A stretch of 64,000 nucleotides of DNA from Acidimicrobiales bacterium (GTDB taxonomy: Bacteria; Actinomycetota; Acidimicrobiia; Acidimicrobiales; UBA8190), in contig DATLQU010000035.1 in NCBI GenBank assembly GCA_035535015.1, forward strand, positions 10,614 to 74,613. The letters run 5' to 3'. The position numbers and the translations under genes are program-made. Of the stretch, positions 27,123 through 35,134 are shown piece after piece (position 1 is the stretch's first letter; each line of letters begins with the position of its first letter). Under the pieces are notes generated by a model. The model was given only the letters and a program-made list of their open reading frames with translations. It had not been told where the DNA came from and did no database searches.

Positions 27123-27674
27123 GTGTCTGAGCCCCCCGACCCGCTCGGCAAGCGCGCTCTGTTCTGGGCACCGGCGCAGCGACAAGAGGCCGGGCCGATG
27201 CGACCGGAGAAGCGGGTGCCGCCCGGACGACAGGCGTTGTTCTCCGGCGGCGACCCGAACACCGCGGCCCCGGTGACCCCCAAGAAGAACGGTGCGCCGC
27301 GCGCTCCCCTGGCCGGCATGACCCGGCCGGCATACGGTTCCCGGCCGTCGCGCCTGCAGAAGGCGCCGGCCAAGACGACCCGATCAGCCAAGCCGATCAC
27401 GTCGGTCAAGCCGATCACGTCTGTGAAGAAGGTGACCAAGCCGGTCGGGACCGTGAAGGTCAAGGCGGCGCCCGCCGGTGGCCGGAATGGGCCGATCGGC
27501 TTGTCATGCTCGAAATGCGGGACCCACAGCGAAGTCGACGTTCTCAAGTACCTGGTCCTGCACCTGCCTTACTGGGTATGGCGGCCGGGCCGGGGCTACA
27601 CCAGCCTGATGAAGTGTCCGGCGTGCGGGAAGCGGACCTGGGTCAGCGCCTCGTGGGGTCCCGGACAACACTGA
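27123..27674 (+). CDS. Hypothetical basic protein with C-terminal CxxC...CxxC zinc-ribbon, encoded 48 bp after parA-like
   Basis: Two copies of a G(K/R)xALF(W/S) motif (LGKRALFWAP, PGRQALFSGG). A Lys-rich internal tandem repeat (AKPITSVKPITSVKKVTKPVGTVKVK) arises from an 18-nt DNA repeat. The C-terminus is CSKCGTHSEV...MKCPACGKRTW. Confidence 0.55.
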   Translation: MSEPPDPLGKRALFWAPAQRQEAGPMRPEKRVPPGRQALFSGGDPNTAAPVTPKKNGAPRAPLAGMTRPAYGSRPSRLQKAPAKTTRSAKPITSVKPITSVKKVTKPVGTVKVKAAPAGGRNGPIGLSCSKCGTHSEVDVLKYLVLHLPYWVWRPGRGYTSLMKCPACGKRTWVSASWGPGQH

Positions 27675-27748
27675 CAGTCGGCACCGGTCTCGGCTGACTA
27701 CGCCCACCGCGGACCGGCGTCAGCCGACACGCCGGGATTAGCCGGGAG

Positions 27749-28060
27749 TCAGCGGACCATGTACCAGGTCAACCGGTTGCAGGAGCTGAGGGCGGCCAGG
27801 GTGTCGGCCTTGGTGTCCCCGATGACGGCGCAGATGGTCTTCTCCCCGCAGCATTTGTGCCGCTTGACGACCACCTTGTCACCCGTGGTCGAGTCGACCG
27901 AGTAGAAGGTGTCCTTCTTGGCCTTTATGGCCTTGCGGACGTCCACCACCGACATGCGTTCGAGCGCCCGCTTGCCGCGGATGACGCCGACGCCGGTGAC
28001 GTGCTGGTGTCCGGTCGCCGGCTTGCGCTCGACACAGACGACTCTGTAATTCGCCACCAT
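27749..28060 (-). CDS. DUF3892-like small protein
   Basis: 103 aa: ANYRVVCVERKP...HQHVTGVGV...VDVRKAIKAKKDTFYSVDSTTGDKVVV...DTLAALSSC. The pattern recalls DUF3892. Assignment from memory. Confidence 0.5.
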   Translation of the reverse strand: MVANYRVVCVERKPATGHQHVTGVGVIRGKRALERMSVVDVRKAIKAKKDTFYSVDSTTGDKVVVKRHKCCGEKTICAVIGDTKADTLAALSSCNRLTWYMVR

Positions 28061-28142
28061 CCCCCCCTCGTCCCGCCGGTCCTGGCGGCCCCCCCGGATC
28101 GAGGGACATGGTAGGACGCGGCGGGCGGCGAGGGGAAGAGGA

Positions 28143-29657
28143 TCAGGTGGCCGGACCGCTGGCCAGGGTGACGTCGGCGTTGTGGCTTTGACCGGAGGAG
28201 TCCGTCCACTGGACCTGGACCGAATCGCCGGGAGCGTGGGCGGCGATGATGGCGGAGAGCGCGGGGGGAGAGCTCACTGTCTTGCCGCCCACCGAGGTGA
28301 TGACATCGCCTTGGGCCAGTCCGGCCTGTTCGGCCGGTGAGCCCGAGGCCACGCCGGCCACCATGGCTCCCGTGACCGTGCCACCCTGGCCGAGGCCGCC
28401 GAAACCCGATCCGCCGGTGCTCGATGCCGAGATCTCGACGCCGAGGAAAGCGGTGGGGCCGATGTGGATGACTGATGAGCTCTTGCCCGCCTCGATCTGC
28501 TTGGCGATGGTGATGGCCTGGTTGATGGGGATGGCATAGCCGTCACCGCCGGCCGAGGAGAAGGCGAATGACGATGAGGCGGCCGTGTCGATGCCGATGA
28601 CGTCACCGTTGCTGTCGACCAGTGGTCCACCGGAGTCACCGGGCTGGACGTTGGCGTTCACCTCGATGAGCCCGGTCAGTTGTTCGGCGTTTCCCCCCCC
28701 GCCGTCCGAGGCGGTGATCGCCTGGTTGAGTGTGGTCACCGTTCCGGTAGCCACACTCGGGGTGCCGCCCACTCCCCCGGCGTTGCCGATGGCGGCGATG
28801 CTCTGGCCGACCGTGACCTTGGAGGAATCTCCGATCGACACGGTGCGCAGGCCCGAGGCGCCATGGAGCTGGAGCACGGCCAGGTCGCCGGTGCGGTCGT
28901 AGCCGACCACGGTGGCCGTGTAGGTCTTTCCGTTACCGATGTCGGTGGCCGAGATGCTGGTGGCGCCGTCGATGACGTGGTTGTTGGTGAGGACCACACC
29001 GTTCGAGGTGAGGACCTGGCCGGTTCCCGCCGCCGAAGCGTTCTGATAGCTGAGGGTGACGTTGATGTCAACGAGTCCGGGGTTCACCTTGGCCGACAGG
29101 GTGGAGGCGCTGGGGGCGTTGCCCGATCCCGCTCCCGAAGGCGCCGTGGTGCCCGATGATCCCGAGCCGAAGGGGTTGGACACCGATCCCGATGATCCGG
29201 AATTGCCGCCGTTGTTGGAGGCCACACTCGTGGTCGTGGTGCCACCCGGACGCCAGACGGCGTAGCCGACACCCACGCCGACGAGCATGGAGGTGACGGC
29301 GAGGAGGGCCACGACGCCGGCCACGTGCGAACGGCGGCGGGCGTGGGCCGGCGGCGCCACCGGAAGCGGTCCCCAGGCCAGGCCGTAGGGGGTGTGGACC
29401 GGACCCCAGGCGCCGGACCCGGCGGTCGGCGGAGGGCCGGCGGTCGGCGGAGGGCCGGCGGTCGGCGGAGGACCGAGCGGAGGCGGCAACGGGGGAACCC
29501 AACTGGCCGACGCCGGGCCGAGGGCGATGGGCGCCGTCGGCTCGGCCGGCGGGCCCGAAGACGCGGCGGAGGGGGCGCTCGGCGTGCCGGGTAACTCGGT
29601 GGTCGGGTCTTCGGGGCCCGGGGTGGGGGCGTCGGGGGTGTCCATGGTTCTCCTCAA
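28143..29657 (-). CDS. HtrA/DegP-like S1C serine protease with PDZ domain
   Basis: Pro-rich cytoplasmic N-terminus (GPPPTA x3 from an 18-nt DNA repeat) and a TM helix. Catalytic His (VLTNNHVI), Asp (DLAVLQL) and Ser (GDSGGPLVD). PDZ segment GAMVAGVASGSPAEQAGLAQGDVITSVGG. Confidence 0.85.
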   Translation of the reverse strand: MRRTMDTPDAPTPGPEDPTTELPGTPSAPSAASSGPPAEPTAPIALGPASASWVPPLPPPLGPPPTAGPPPTAGPPPTAGSGAWGPVHTPYGLAWGPLPVAPPAHARRRSHVAGVVALLAVTSMLVGVGVGYAVWRPGGTTTTSVASNNGGNSGSSGSVSNPFGSGSSGTTAPSGAGSGNAPSASTLSAKVNPGLVDINVTLSYQNASAAGTGQVLTSNGVVLTNNHVIDGATSISATDIGNGKTYTATVVGYDRTGDLAVLQLHGASGLRTVSIGDSSKVTVGQSIAAIGNAGGVGGTPSVATGTVTTLNQAITASDGGGGNAEQLTGLIEVNANVQPGDSGGPLVDSNGDVIGIDTAASSSFAFSSAGGDGYAIPINQAITIAKQIEAGKSSSVIHIGPTAFLGVEISASSTGGSGFGGLGQGGTVTGAMVAGVASGSPAEQAGLAQGDVITSVGGKTVSSPPALSAIIAAHAPGDSVQVQWTDSSGQSHNADVTLASGPAT

Positions 29658-30005
29658 GAATTCGTGAGCACTGATGCGATCATCTGCTCCTCAGTACACC
29701 GACTTTTCCTGAGGATTCGCTTTGTCCCCCCTGTGAGTTCGTCAAGACGAACCCCGAAGCCGCCCGGGCGGAAGGGGGGCGCCTTTTCGTGGCCGGAGCC
29801 ACCCCGGTCGTGACCGGGCTGCACTGCCCAGGCTACCCGAGGTCGATGACAGATTGGACCTGAATGCGCAGGAATCAGGCCTGGTTTCGGTGCCTGATCC
29901 CACGTCGGCGGTCATCGGGAGGAGCCCCCGGGGTGACGGCCCGGGCGCTGGGCTGAGGGCCGGGCGCCGCCTTCGGCGTCAGGAGGGATCAGGCCGGCAG
30001 GCACC

Positions 30006-31637
30006 TCAACAATGGGGGGTGTTGAGGACCGACTGGCTGTCGCCGGTGGCGCATTCCTCGTACGACGTCGGCGACCAGACAGCGCCGTTCGGAGGTATGA
30101 AGAAGGGAGGGAAGAGCGTCTGCAAGGACGTGTCGTAGTTGTAGTTCTTCAGGTATCCCGTGTGTCCCGTCGTCCCTACCGCTCCACGGAAGTTCTGGGC
30201 GATCGACCCGAAGACGTTGAGAGCGCCCAGACCGGAGGCCGACCACCAGTTGGTCACGTAGAAGGAGTCCTGGAGCGCCAGGATGGCGGCGTCGATCTCG
30301 ACGTGGGGGACGTCGGCGACGATGACGGAGTTCTGGGCGATGAGGCCGAGGGTGTCCGACGAGTCACTGGTCGGCTGGCCGTTCACCTTCACTATGTTGG
30401 CCGATGGATAGGTCAGGCTTCCTGTGATGGTGATGTTGGACGGCGCCGCGCTGCCTGTGCAACGGGCATTGGTGGCTGTCACCGTCGTGGTGCTGCACGT
30501 GACGATGTCGAGGCCGCCGGTCATCTGGCCGCTGATCGAGACATTGCCGTTCACGAAGATGAGGCCCGAAGTCAGCTGATCGACGGAGATCGGACTGGAG
30601 CAATTGTTGGTATTGGAAGCCACGTTGTCGACGGAGGCTCCGGAACCCGACCAGGTGACCTTCGTCGTGCCGCCGGCGATGCTCAACCCGAGCGTCACGT
30701 TCACGGGGCTGACGGAGTTCCCGCTTCCACCCGTGATGAAGCATCCGTAGGACCGGGCCGGGCTGAGGTCGGCCTCGGAGTTCTGGGGGATCTGGTTCCC
30801 CACCTTCTGGTAACCACTGCCGTTGGCGAAGTTCGGCACCGAACCCGAGCAGCCGCCGCCGTTGCCGTCGACGTAGACCGACGTGGGGCCGGTATTGGTG
30901 TTGTAGATGTTCCCGCTCTGGAGCCCGGCATCGAAGGTGGGCGAGCCACACAGACGAAAGGTGTCGTCGGAGAAGACCGGTCCGTTGAGCTCGTCGCCCG
31001 ACACGAAGACGACGATGCACCCCGGCGGTGGGCCGTACTGCGGGACGCTGTGGTTGCCGTTGGCGTAGTCGGGGTCGAGCTGCCCGTAGTGCACGCCGCA
31101 GTCGGCATATCCCGACGGGGGGTTCGGCATCTGGGCGGCGATGGTGGGGTCGAGGGTCTCGTAGTTGCTCCAGTAGACGTCGTCCAGCGTCGAAGCCGGG
31201 GCGACGGCGTACTGGAATGTGCGCACCACGGTTCCCGAACCGACCCCGGCCTTGCCCGTGACCTGGAGGCTGATGAGGCCCGAGTTGTTGTACGGCAGGT
31301 ACGAGTAGTACTCGGGAGGCGAGGTGGACGCCTGGACCCAGCCCGACATGGCGGGATTGCTGGGGTCTTTGTTGGTGGCCGTGTAGATGCCGTAGGCGCC
31401 GTTGCCATCGAGTTTCTGGAGATAGTCATTCAGGCCCGCCTGGGCGGCCTGGTAGGCGGCCTCGTAATTCAGATTGCGCGTCGTCTGGGGCAGCTGGTCC
31501 ACGGTGGTGGTGGCGATGGCGATGGGGATCGAGGCCAACAGGGTGACGGCGATCAGGACGAAGAGAAGAGCCTGGCCGCTCTCGCCCCCGAGGCTGCTCA
31601 GCCGGCTCCGGATCTGGCGCCCCACGATGGTCAACAT
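30006..31637 (-). CDS. PilX-N-terminal-like minor-pilin/pilus-tip protein (543 aa), third gene of the pilin-like operon
   Basis: Start at 31637 gives MLTIVGRQIRSRLSSLGGESGQALLFVLIAVTLLASIPIAIATT (a PilX_N-like hydrophobic helix without Glu5). It is followed by a large Thr/Ser/Gly/Asn-rich beta-type domain. It overlaps the upstream gene by 7 nt. Confidence 0.6.
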   Translation of the reverse strand: MLTIVGRQIRSRLSSLGGESGQALLFVLIAVTLLASIPIAIATTTVDQLPQTTRNLNYEAAYQAAQAGLNDYLQKLDGNGAYGIYTATNKDPSNPAMSGWVQASTSPPEYYSYLPYNNSGLISLQVTGKAGVGSGTVVRTFQYAVAPASTLDDVYWSNYETLDPTIAAQMPNPPSGYADCGVHYGQLDPDYANGNHSVPQYGPPPGCIVVFVSGDELNGPVFSDDTFRLCGSPTFDAGLQSGNIYNTNTGPTSVYVDGNGGGCSGSVPNFANGSGYQKVGNQIPQNSEADLSPARSYGCFITGGSGNSVSPVNVTLGLSIAGGTTKVTWSGSGASVDNVASNTNNCSSPISVDQLTSGLIFVNGNVSISGQMTGGLDIVTCSTTTVTATNARCTGSAAPSNITITGSLTYPSANIVKVNGQPTSDSSDTLGLIAQNSVIVADVPHVEIDAAILALQDSFYVTNWWSASGLGALNVFGSIAQNFRGAVGTTGHTGYLKNYNYDTSLQTLFPPFFIPPNGAVWSPTSYEECATGDSQSVLNTPHC

Positions 31638-32320
31638 GCGCCCGAGGCCCCTATCTGGCTCAAGGCGTACTGACACGCGTATTCGACGTTGTTGGTCACG
31701 ATGGTCGGGTCCGACAGCGTGGTCTGGGTGACCTTGGCCGCGCCCACCTTCGGGGTGTCCAGAACCAGAGTGGAGGCCGCGGACGTGAAGTAGAAGGTAT
31801 TGGTCGTCACATTGTGGACCGTGGTCGAGACTTCCTTTGTCGTGAGGGTGAACACGGTTGAGGAGTCGACGTTCTGGACACGGGCCTGGGTGATGACCGA
31901 GCCGGCTCCGGCGGTCGGCGTGCACCCCACCCCCGTGCAGGTCACGGTGAGGATGTGGGTGGACGTGTTCAGGGCGATGCTGATGGCCGGGGTGCCCCCG
32001 CCCAGTTTGGCCGAGAAGGCGAGGCTGGTGGCCGTGATCGGGGTTCCCGGAGGCGAGCTGGGCACAGCCGGGGCGGTCCACGTCGTGGTGGCGGCGTGGA
32101 GGTCACGGGTGATCGCCTGTTGGGCGCCCTGCATGTAGTCGAGCGCCTGGGTCCGGTCGGTCACCTGCACCTGGCGCGCCTGGATGACGGTGACAGAGGC
32201 GTCGACGGAGACGATCACGATGGTGAGCAGCAACGACGAGATGAGAACCTCGACCAGGCTCATGCCCGATTCGTCGCGTCGCCGTCCCCGCTGTCTCATT
32301 GGACGATCACGGTGGCTCAT
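31631..32320 (-). CDS. Prepilin-type N-terminal cleavage/methylation-domain protein (pseudopilin/minor pilin, 229 aa)
   Basis: Class III signal: MSHRDRPMRQRGRRRDESG|MSLVEVLISSLLLTIVIV, with Glu at +5. The ATG overlaps the upstream stop (ATGA at 32317-32320). Confidence 0.7.
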   Translation of the reverse strand: MSHRDRPMRQRGRRRDESGMSLVEVLISSLLLTIVIVSVDASVTVIQARQVQVTDRTQALDYMQGAQQAITRDLHAATTTWTAPAVPSSPPGTPITATSLAFSAKLGGGTPAISIALNTSTHILTVTCTGVGCTPTAGAGSVITQARVQNVDSSTVFTLTTKEVSTTVHNVTTNTFYFTSAASTLVLDTPKVGAAKVTQTTLSDPTIVTNNVEYACQYALSQIGASGAC

Positions 32321-34788
32321 TGCACGTTCACGGTGACCGACGCCCCCGGACCGAGGAGCGAGCTGCTGGCGAACGACCCCCCACTGGCGATGTAGAAGCC
32401 CGAGGGCGTGACCTTGATGACGACCTGGACCGCCTCGGTGGCCGAGCTGTAGCCGACGTGGGTCGAGGGGTTCGTCCATGTGGCGCTCAGCAGCCAGACG
32501 CCGTAGGGCAGGCCGACCAGGGTGTAGGGCGTGCCCGCCGGGACGCTTACGACCTGGGTCACGGTTCCCGTCGAGGTGGCGAAGCTGCCGCTGTTGGTGG
32601 CGGTGAAGACGGCGCTCAGCACCGTCGACCCGACCGGCGAGGCCGAGGTGGTGTAGGTGGCCATACCGAAGCCGTTGAGGGCCACCGTGGCCAATGTGGT
32701 CGAGCCGTTCATGAAGGCCACGCTCCCCTGGGCCGGGCCCCCCGACGCCGCCGTCACCGTGGCCGTCAGCGTGACCGGGCTGTTCCAGGAGCTCGGGTTG
32801 GCGCTGGAGGTGAGCGTCGTGCTCGTGCTCAAGGCGGTGACCTGCTGGGTCAAGGTGGAGGACGTGGAGGCCGCGAAATTGGCGGGCGACGGCGCGTAGG
32901 CAGCCGTCACGCTGTAGCTCCCGCCGGCCAGCCCGGACAGGGTGCAGTCGACGCTGCCCGCCGACAGGCTCAGGCTCACGCAGCCGCTGATGTCGCTGCC
33001 GCCGTTCTTGAAGGTGACCGTCCCGGTGGGGGTGGCCGTCGACGGCGAACTGGCGGCAACGGTGGCCGTCAGGATGGCCGAGGCGCCGTAGGCGCTGGGA
33101 TTGGGGTTCGACGTCACCGTGGTCGTGGTGGGGGCGGCCGTGATGGTCTGGGTCTTGGCCCACGAGGTGGAGGATGTCCACTTCCCCGACGCCTCGTAGG
33201 TGGCGGTGATGGAGAGCGAGCCGACGGGCAGGGCCGAGGTGCTGATCGACGCCACCCCGTTGTTCAGCGAGGAGTCGCTGCCGATGAACGTTCCTCCGTT
33301 GTAGAAGTCCACCGTGCCGGTGACCGGGCTACAACCCCAACCCCCCCAACCCGAGTCGCACGTCACGGTGGCGCTGAGCGTCACGGGCGAGCCGTAGGTC
33401 GCCGTGGACGGCGTCGACAGGGTGGTCGACGTCGAGCAATTGGAGCTGCAGCCCCAGACGAAGTAGGCGTGGCGGCGGTGCTTGCCCCGAACCTTGCTCG
33501 ACCAGGTGGCGGTGGTGGTGGACAGATTGAGCGTGGGCATCACCGTCGTGCCCGAGGTCGGGCAGTTGGTGTCGGTCCCGGTACCCGCCGCGTTCTTCAC
33601 CGCTGCCGTCACGGCCGCGCCCGACACCAGGCTGGCGCCCTGTTGCACGAAGATCTGGACGGGGACGAGGGGGATGGTGGGTGAGCCGGTGCCGCCGGCC
33701 GTCAGGGTGACGGGCTGGCCGTCGGTGGTGCCCCCGTCCGGCGCGCTCTCGGTGCCGCACGAACCGGCCACCACGTAGTAGCCGGGCGACCCGGCCATGG
33801 GGAAGACACTGGCCGGTGAAGCCGAGACGTAGGGGCTGACCACCAGGTTGCTGCTGTAGAACGACAGGGGCAGGCTGTTGATGTTGGACGGCAGAATGGG
33901 GTGCACCCCGTCGGCCATGGGGACCGAGTAGACGGCGTTGACCGTGGCCGCCCGGTCGTAGGCGGTGGCCGAGGCGGCACTGGCCCCCGGCGAGAACGTG
34001 ATGGACGTGGTGGAGCCGGCGGCCACCGACAGGTTCGACTGTGTCGGCAGGGTGGTCAGGTTCTGTTCGGTCAGGTAGCCGGACAGCGTGGCGAAGGAGA
34101 TCGTCCACGTCGTCGGCGAGACGGCCACGTTGGCGAACAACGCACAGCCGCCGGCGCTCGTCGTCACCGTCTGCGGACTTCCCGACGACGGCGTGGCCGT
34201 CACCGAAACATTGGCGATGGGATTGCCCGTCGCCCCCTGGATGCTGACCAGAATGGATCCGAGCGTCGGATTGATGGCCGAGGCGGGGACGGCCAACAGG
34301 CTGGTCTCCTGCACGAGGAGCTTCGTGGCCGCCGAGGAGCCGCTCAGCCACCAGGTGGCGCCTGCCTTCTGGTCGGTCCAGGTGGCCCAGATGGTCACCT
34401 TCAGCATGGCGCCGGGGTCGCTGGCCGGCGATTGGCACTGCGTGTAGGCGGGGTCGTAGGGAGCCACCTCCCTCTCGAGGAGGTAGGTCTGACCGGAGCT
34501 CAGCACCGGGGTCAGGGCGGTGTCCCCTTGCTGGCCGAGCAGGGTCGAGACGCCCGACGCCAGTTGCTGGTCGAGGGTGGCCGAGGCGATGGCCGTGGCC
34601 TGCTGCTCGTAACGCGAGTTGGCCCCGATCTTGAACGACGTCTGGAGCAGCGATGAGACGGCCGCCAGCACCGTCATCAAGATGGCCAGGGCGATGATGA
34701 TCTCGAGGATCGAGAAGCCCCACTCCCGGCGGCCGGCGTCATCGGTCGCCGACCGGGACGAGAGTCTCGTCGATCGCCCTGGAGACAT
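32317..34788 (-). CDS. Giant modular prepilin (~820 aa): class III signal peptide, pilin helix, carboxypeptidase-regulatory-like modules and three Ig-like (Big_3-type) repeats
   Basis: Start set at 34788: MSPGRSTRLSSRSATDDAGRREWG|FSILEIIIALAILMTVLAAV (Glu +5). Later segments are LVSIQGATGNPIANVSVTATPSSG...TTSAGGCALFANV, the Ig-like repeat endings SITATYEASGKWTSSTS / SVTAAYAPSPANFAASTS / SAVFTATNSGSFATSTG, and a final YTLVGLPYGVWLLSATW module. Confidence 0.7.
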   Translation of the reverse strand: MSPGRSTRLSSRSATDDAGRREWGFSILEIIIALAILMTVLAAVSSLLQTSFKIGANSRYEQQATAIASATLDQQLASGVSTLLGQQGDTALTPVLSSGQTYLLEREVAPYDPAYTQCQSPASDPGAMLKVTIWATWTDQKAGATWWLSGSSAATKLLVQETSLLAVPASAINPTLGSILVSIQGATGNPIANVSVTATPSSGSPQTVTTSAGGCALFANVAVSPTTWTISFATLSGYLTEQNLTTLPTQSNLSVAAGSTTSITFSPGASAASATAYDRAATVNAVYSVPMADGVHPILPSNINSLPLSFYSSNLVVSPYVSASPASVFPMAGSPGYYVVAGSCGTESAPDGGTTDGQPVTLTAGGTGSPTIPLVPVQIFVQQGASLVSGAAVTAAVKNAAGTGTDTNCPTSGTTVMPTLNLSTTTATWSSKVRGKHRRHAYFVWGCSSNCSTSTTLSTPSTATYGSPVTLSATVTCDSGWGGWGCSPVTGTVDFYNGGTFIGSDSSLNNGVASISTSALPVGSLSITATYEASGKWTSSTSWAKTQTITAAPTTTTVTSNPNPSAYGASAILTATVAASSPSTATPTGTVTFKNGGSDISGCVSLSLSAGSVDCTLSGLAGGSYSVTAAYAPSPANFAASTSSTLTQQVTALSTSTTLTSSANPSSWNSPVTLTATVTAASGGPAQGSVAFMNGSTTLATVALNGFGMATYTTSASPVGSTVLSAVFTATNSGSFATSTGTVTQVVSVPAGTPYTLVGLPYGVWLLSATWTNPSTHVGYSSATEAVQVVIKVTPSGFYIASGGSFASSSLLGPGASVTVNVQ

Positions 34789-34860
34789 GGGGCCGACACG
34801 TCCCGACGCCCGGCGCCACCCCCTACGATCACGGTCGATCAGCAAGTTCCCACTCCAAGT

Positions 34861-34912
34861 GACATCTTAACTACTATCTGTGTAATTAATAAGGGAAGGC
34901 CGTTATCTCGAG
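34861..34912. promoter_or_regulatory. Sharp AT-rich island upstream of the pilin-like operon (promoter candidate)
   Basis: gacatcttaactactatctgtgtaattaataagggaaggccgttatctcg stands out in otherwise very GC-rich DNA. It lies 70-120 bp upstream of the 34788 start. Confidence 0.4.
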
Positions 34913-34928
34913 CCCGACCCGCGGCTAC

Positions 34929-34992
34929 TTCTTCGGCAGATGCACGGCCGAAGTGAAGAAGACAGGCAGGAATGGACCCGGAGAACGGGTCC
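34929..34992. terminator. Two stem-loops downstream of the rhamnosidase gene (minus strand)
   Basis: ggacccg-gagaa-cgggtcc (34974-34992, perfect 7-bp stem) and cttcggc-N9-gccgaag (34931-34953). No U-tract follows, so terminator function is uncertain. Confidence 0.4.
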
Positions 34993-35134
34993 CCGGGGCC
35001 CGTCCCCATCGCCGCCGCCACCACCGCCGCCACAGAGTCACCACAGGATCAATGGCCCCGGGCCCCAGGCCCCTGACGCCTGAAGGGGGCCCTCCTGGCC
35101 CGGGACCGCGCCCCCGGCGGCGACGCCGGAAGAT

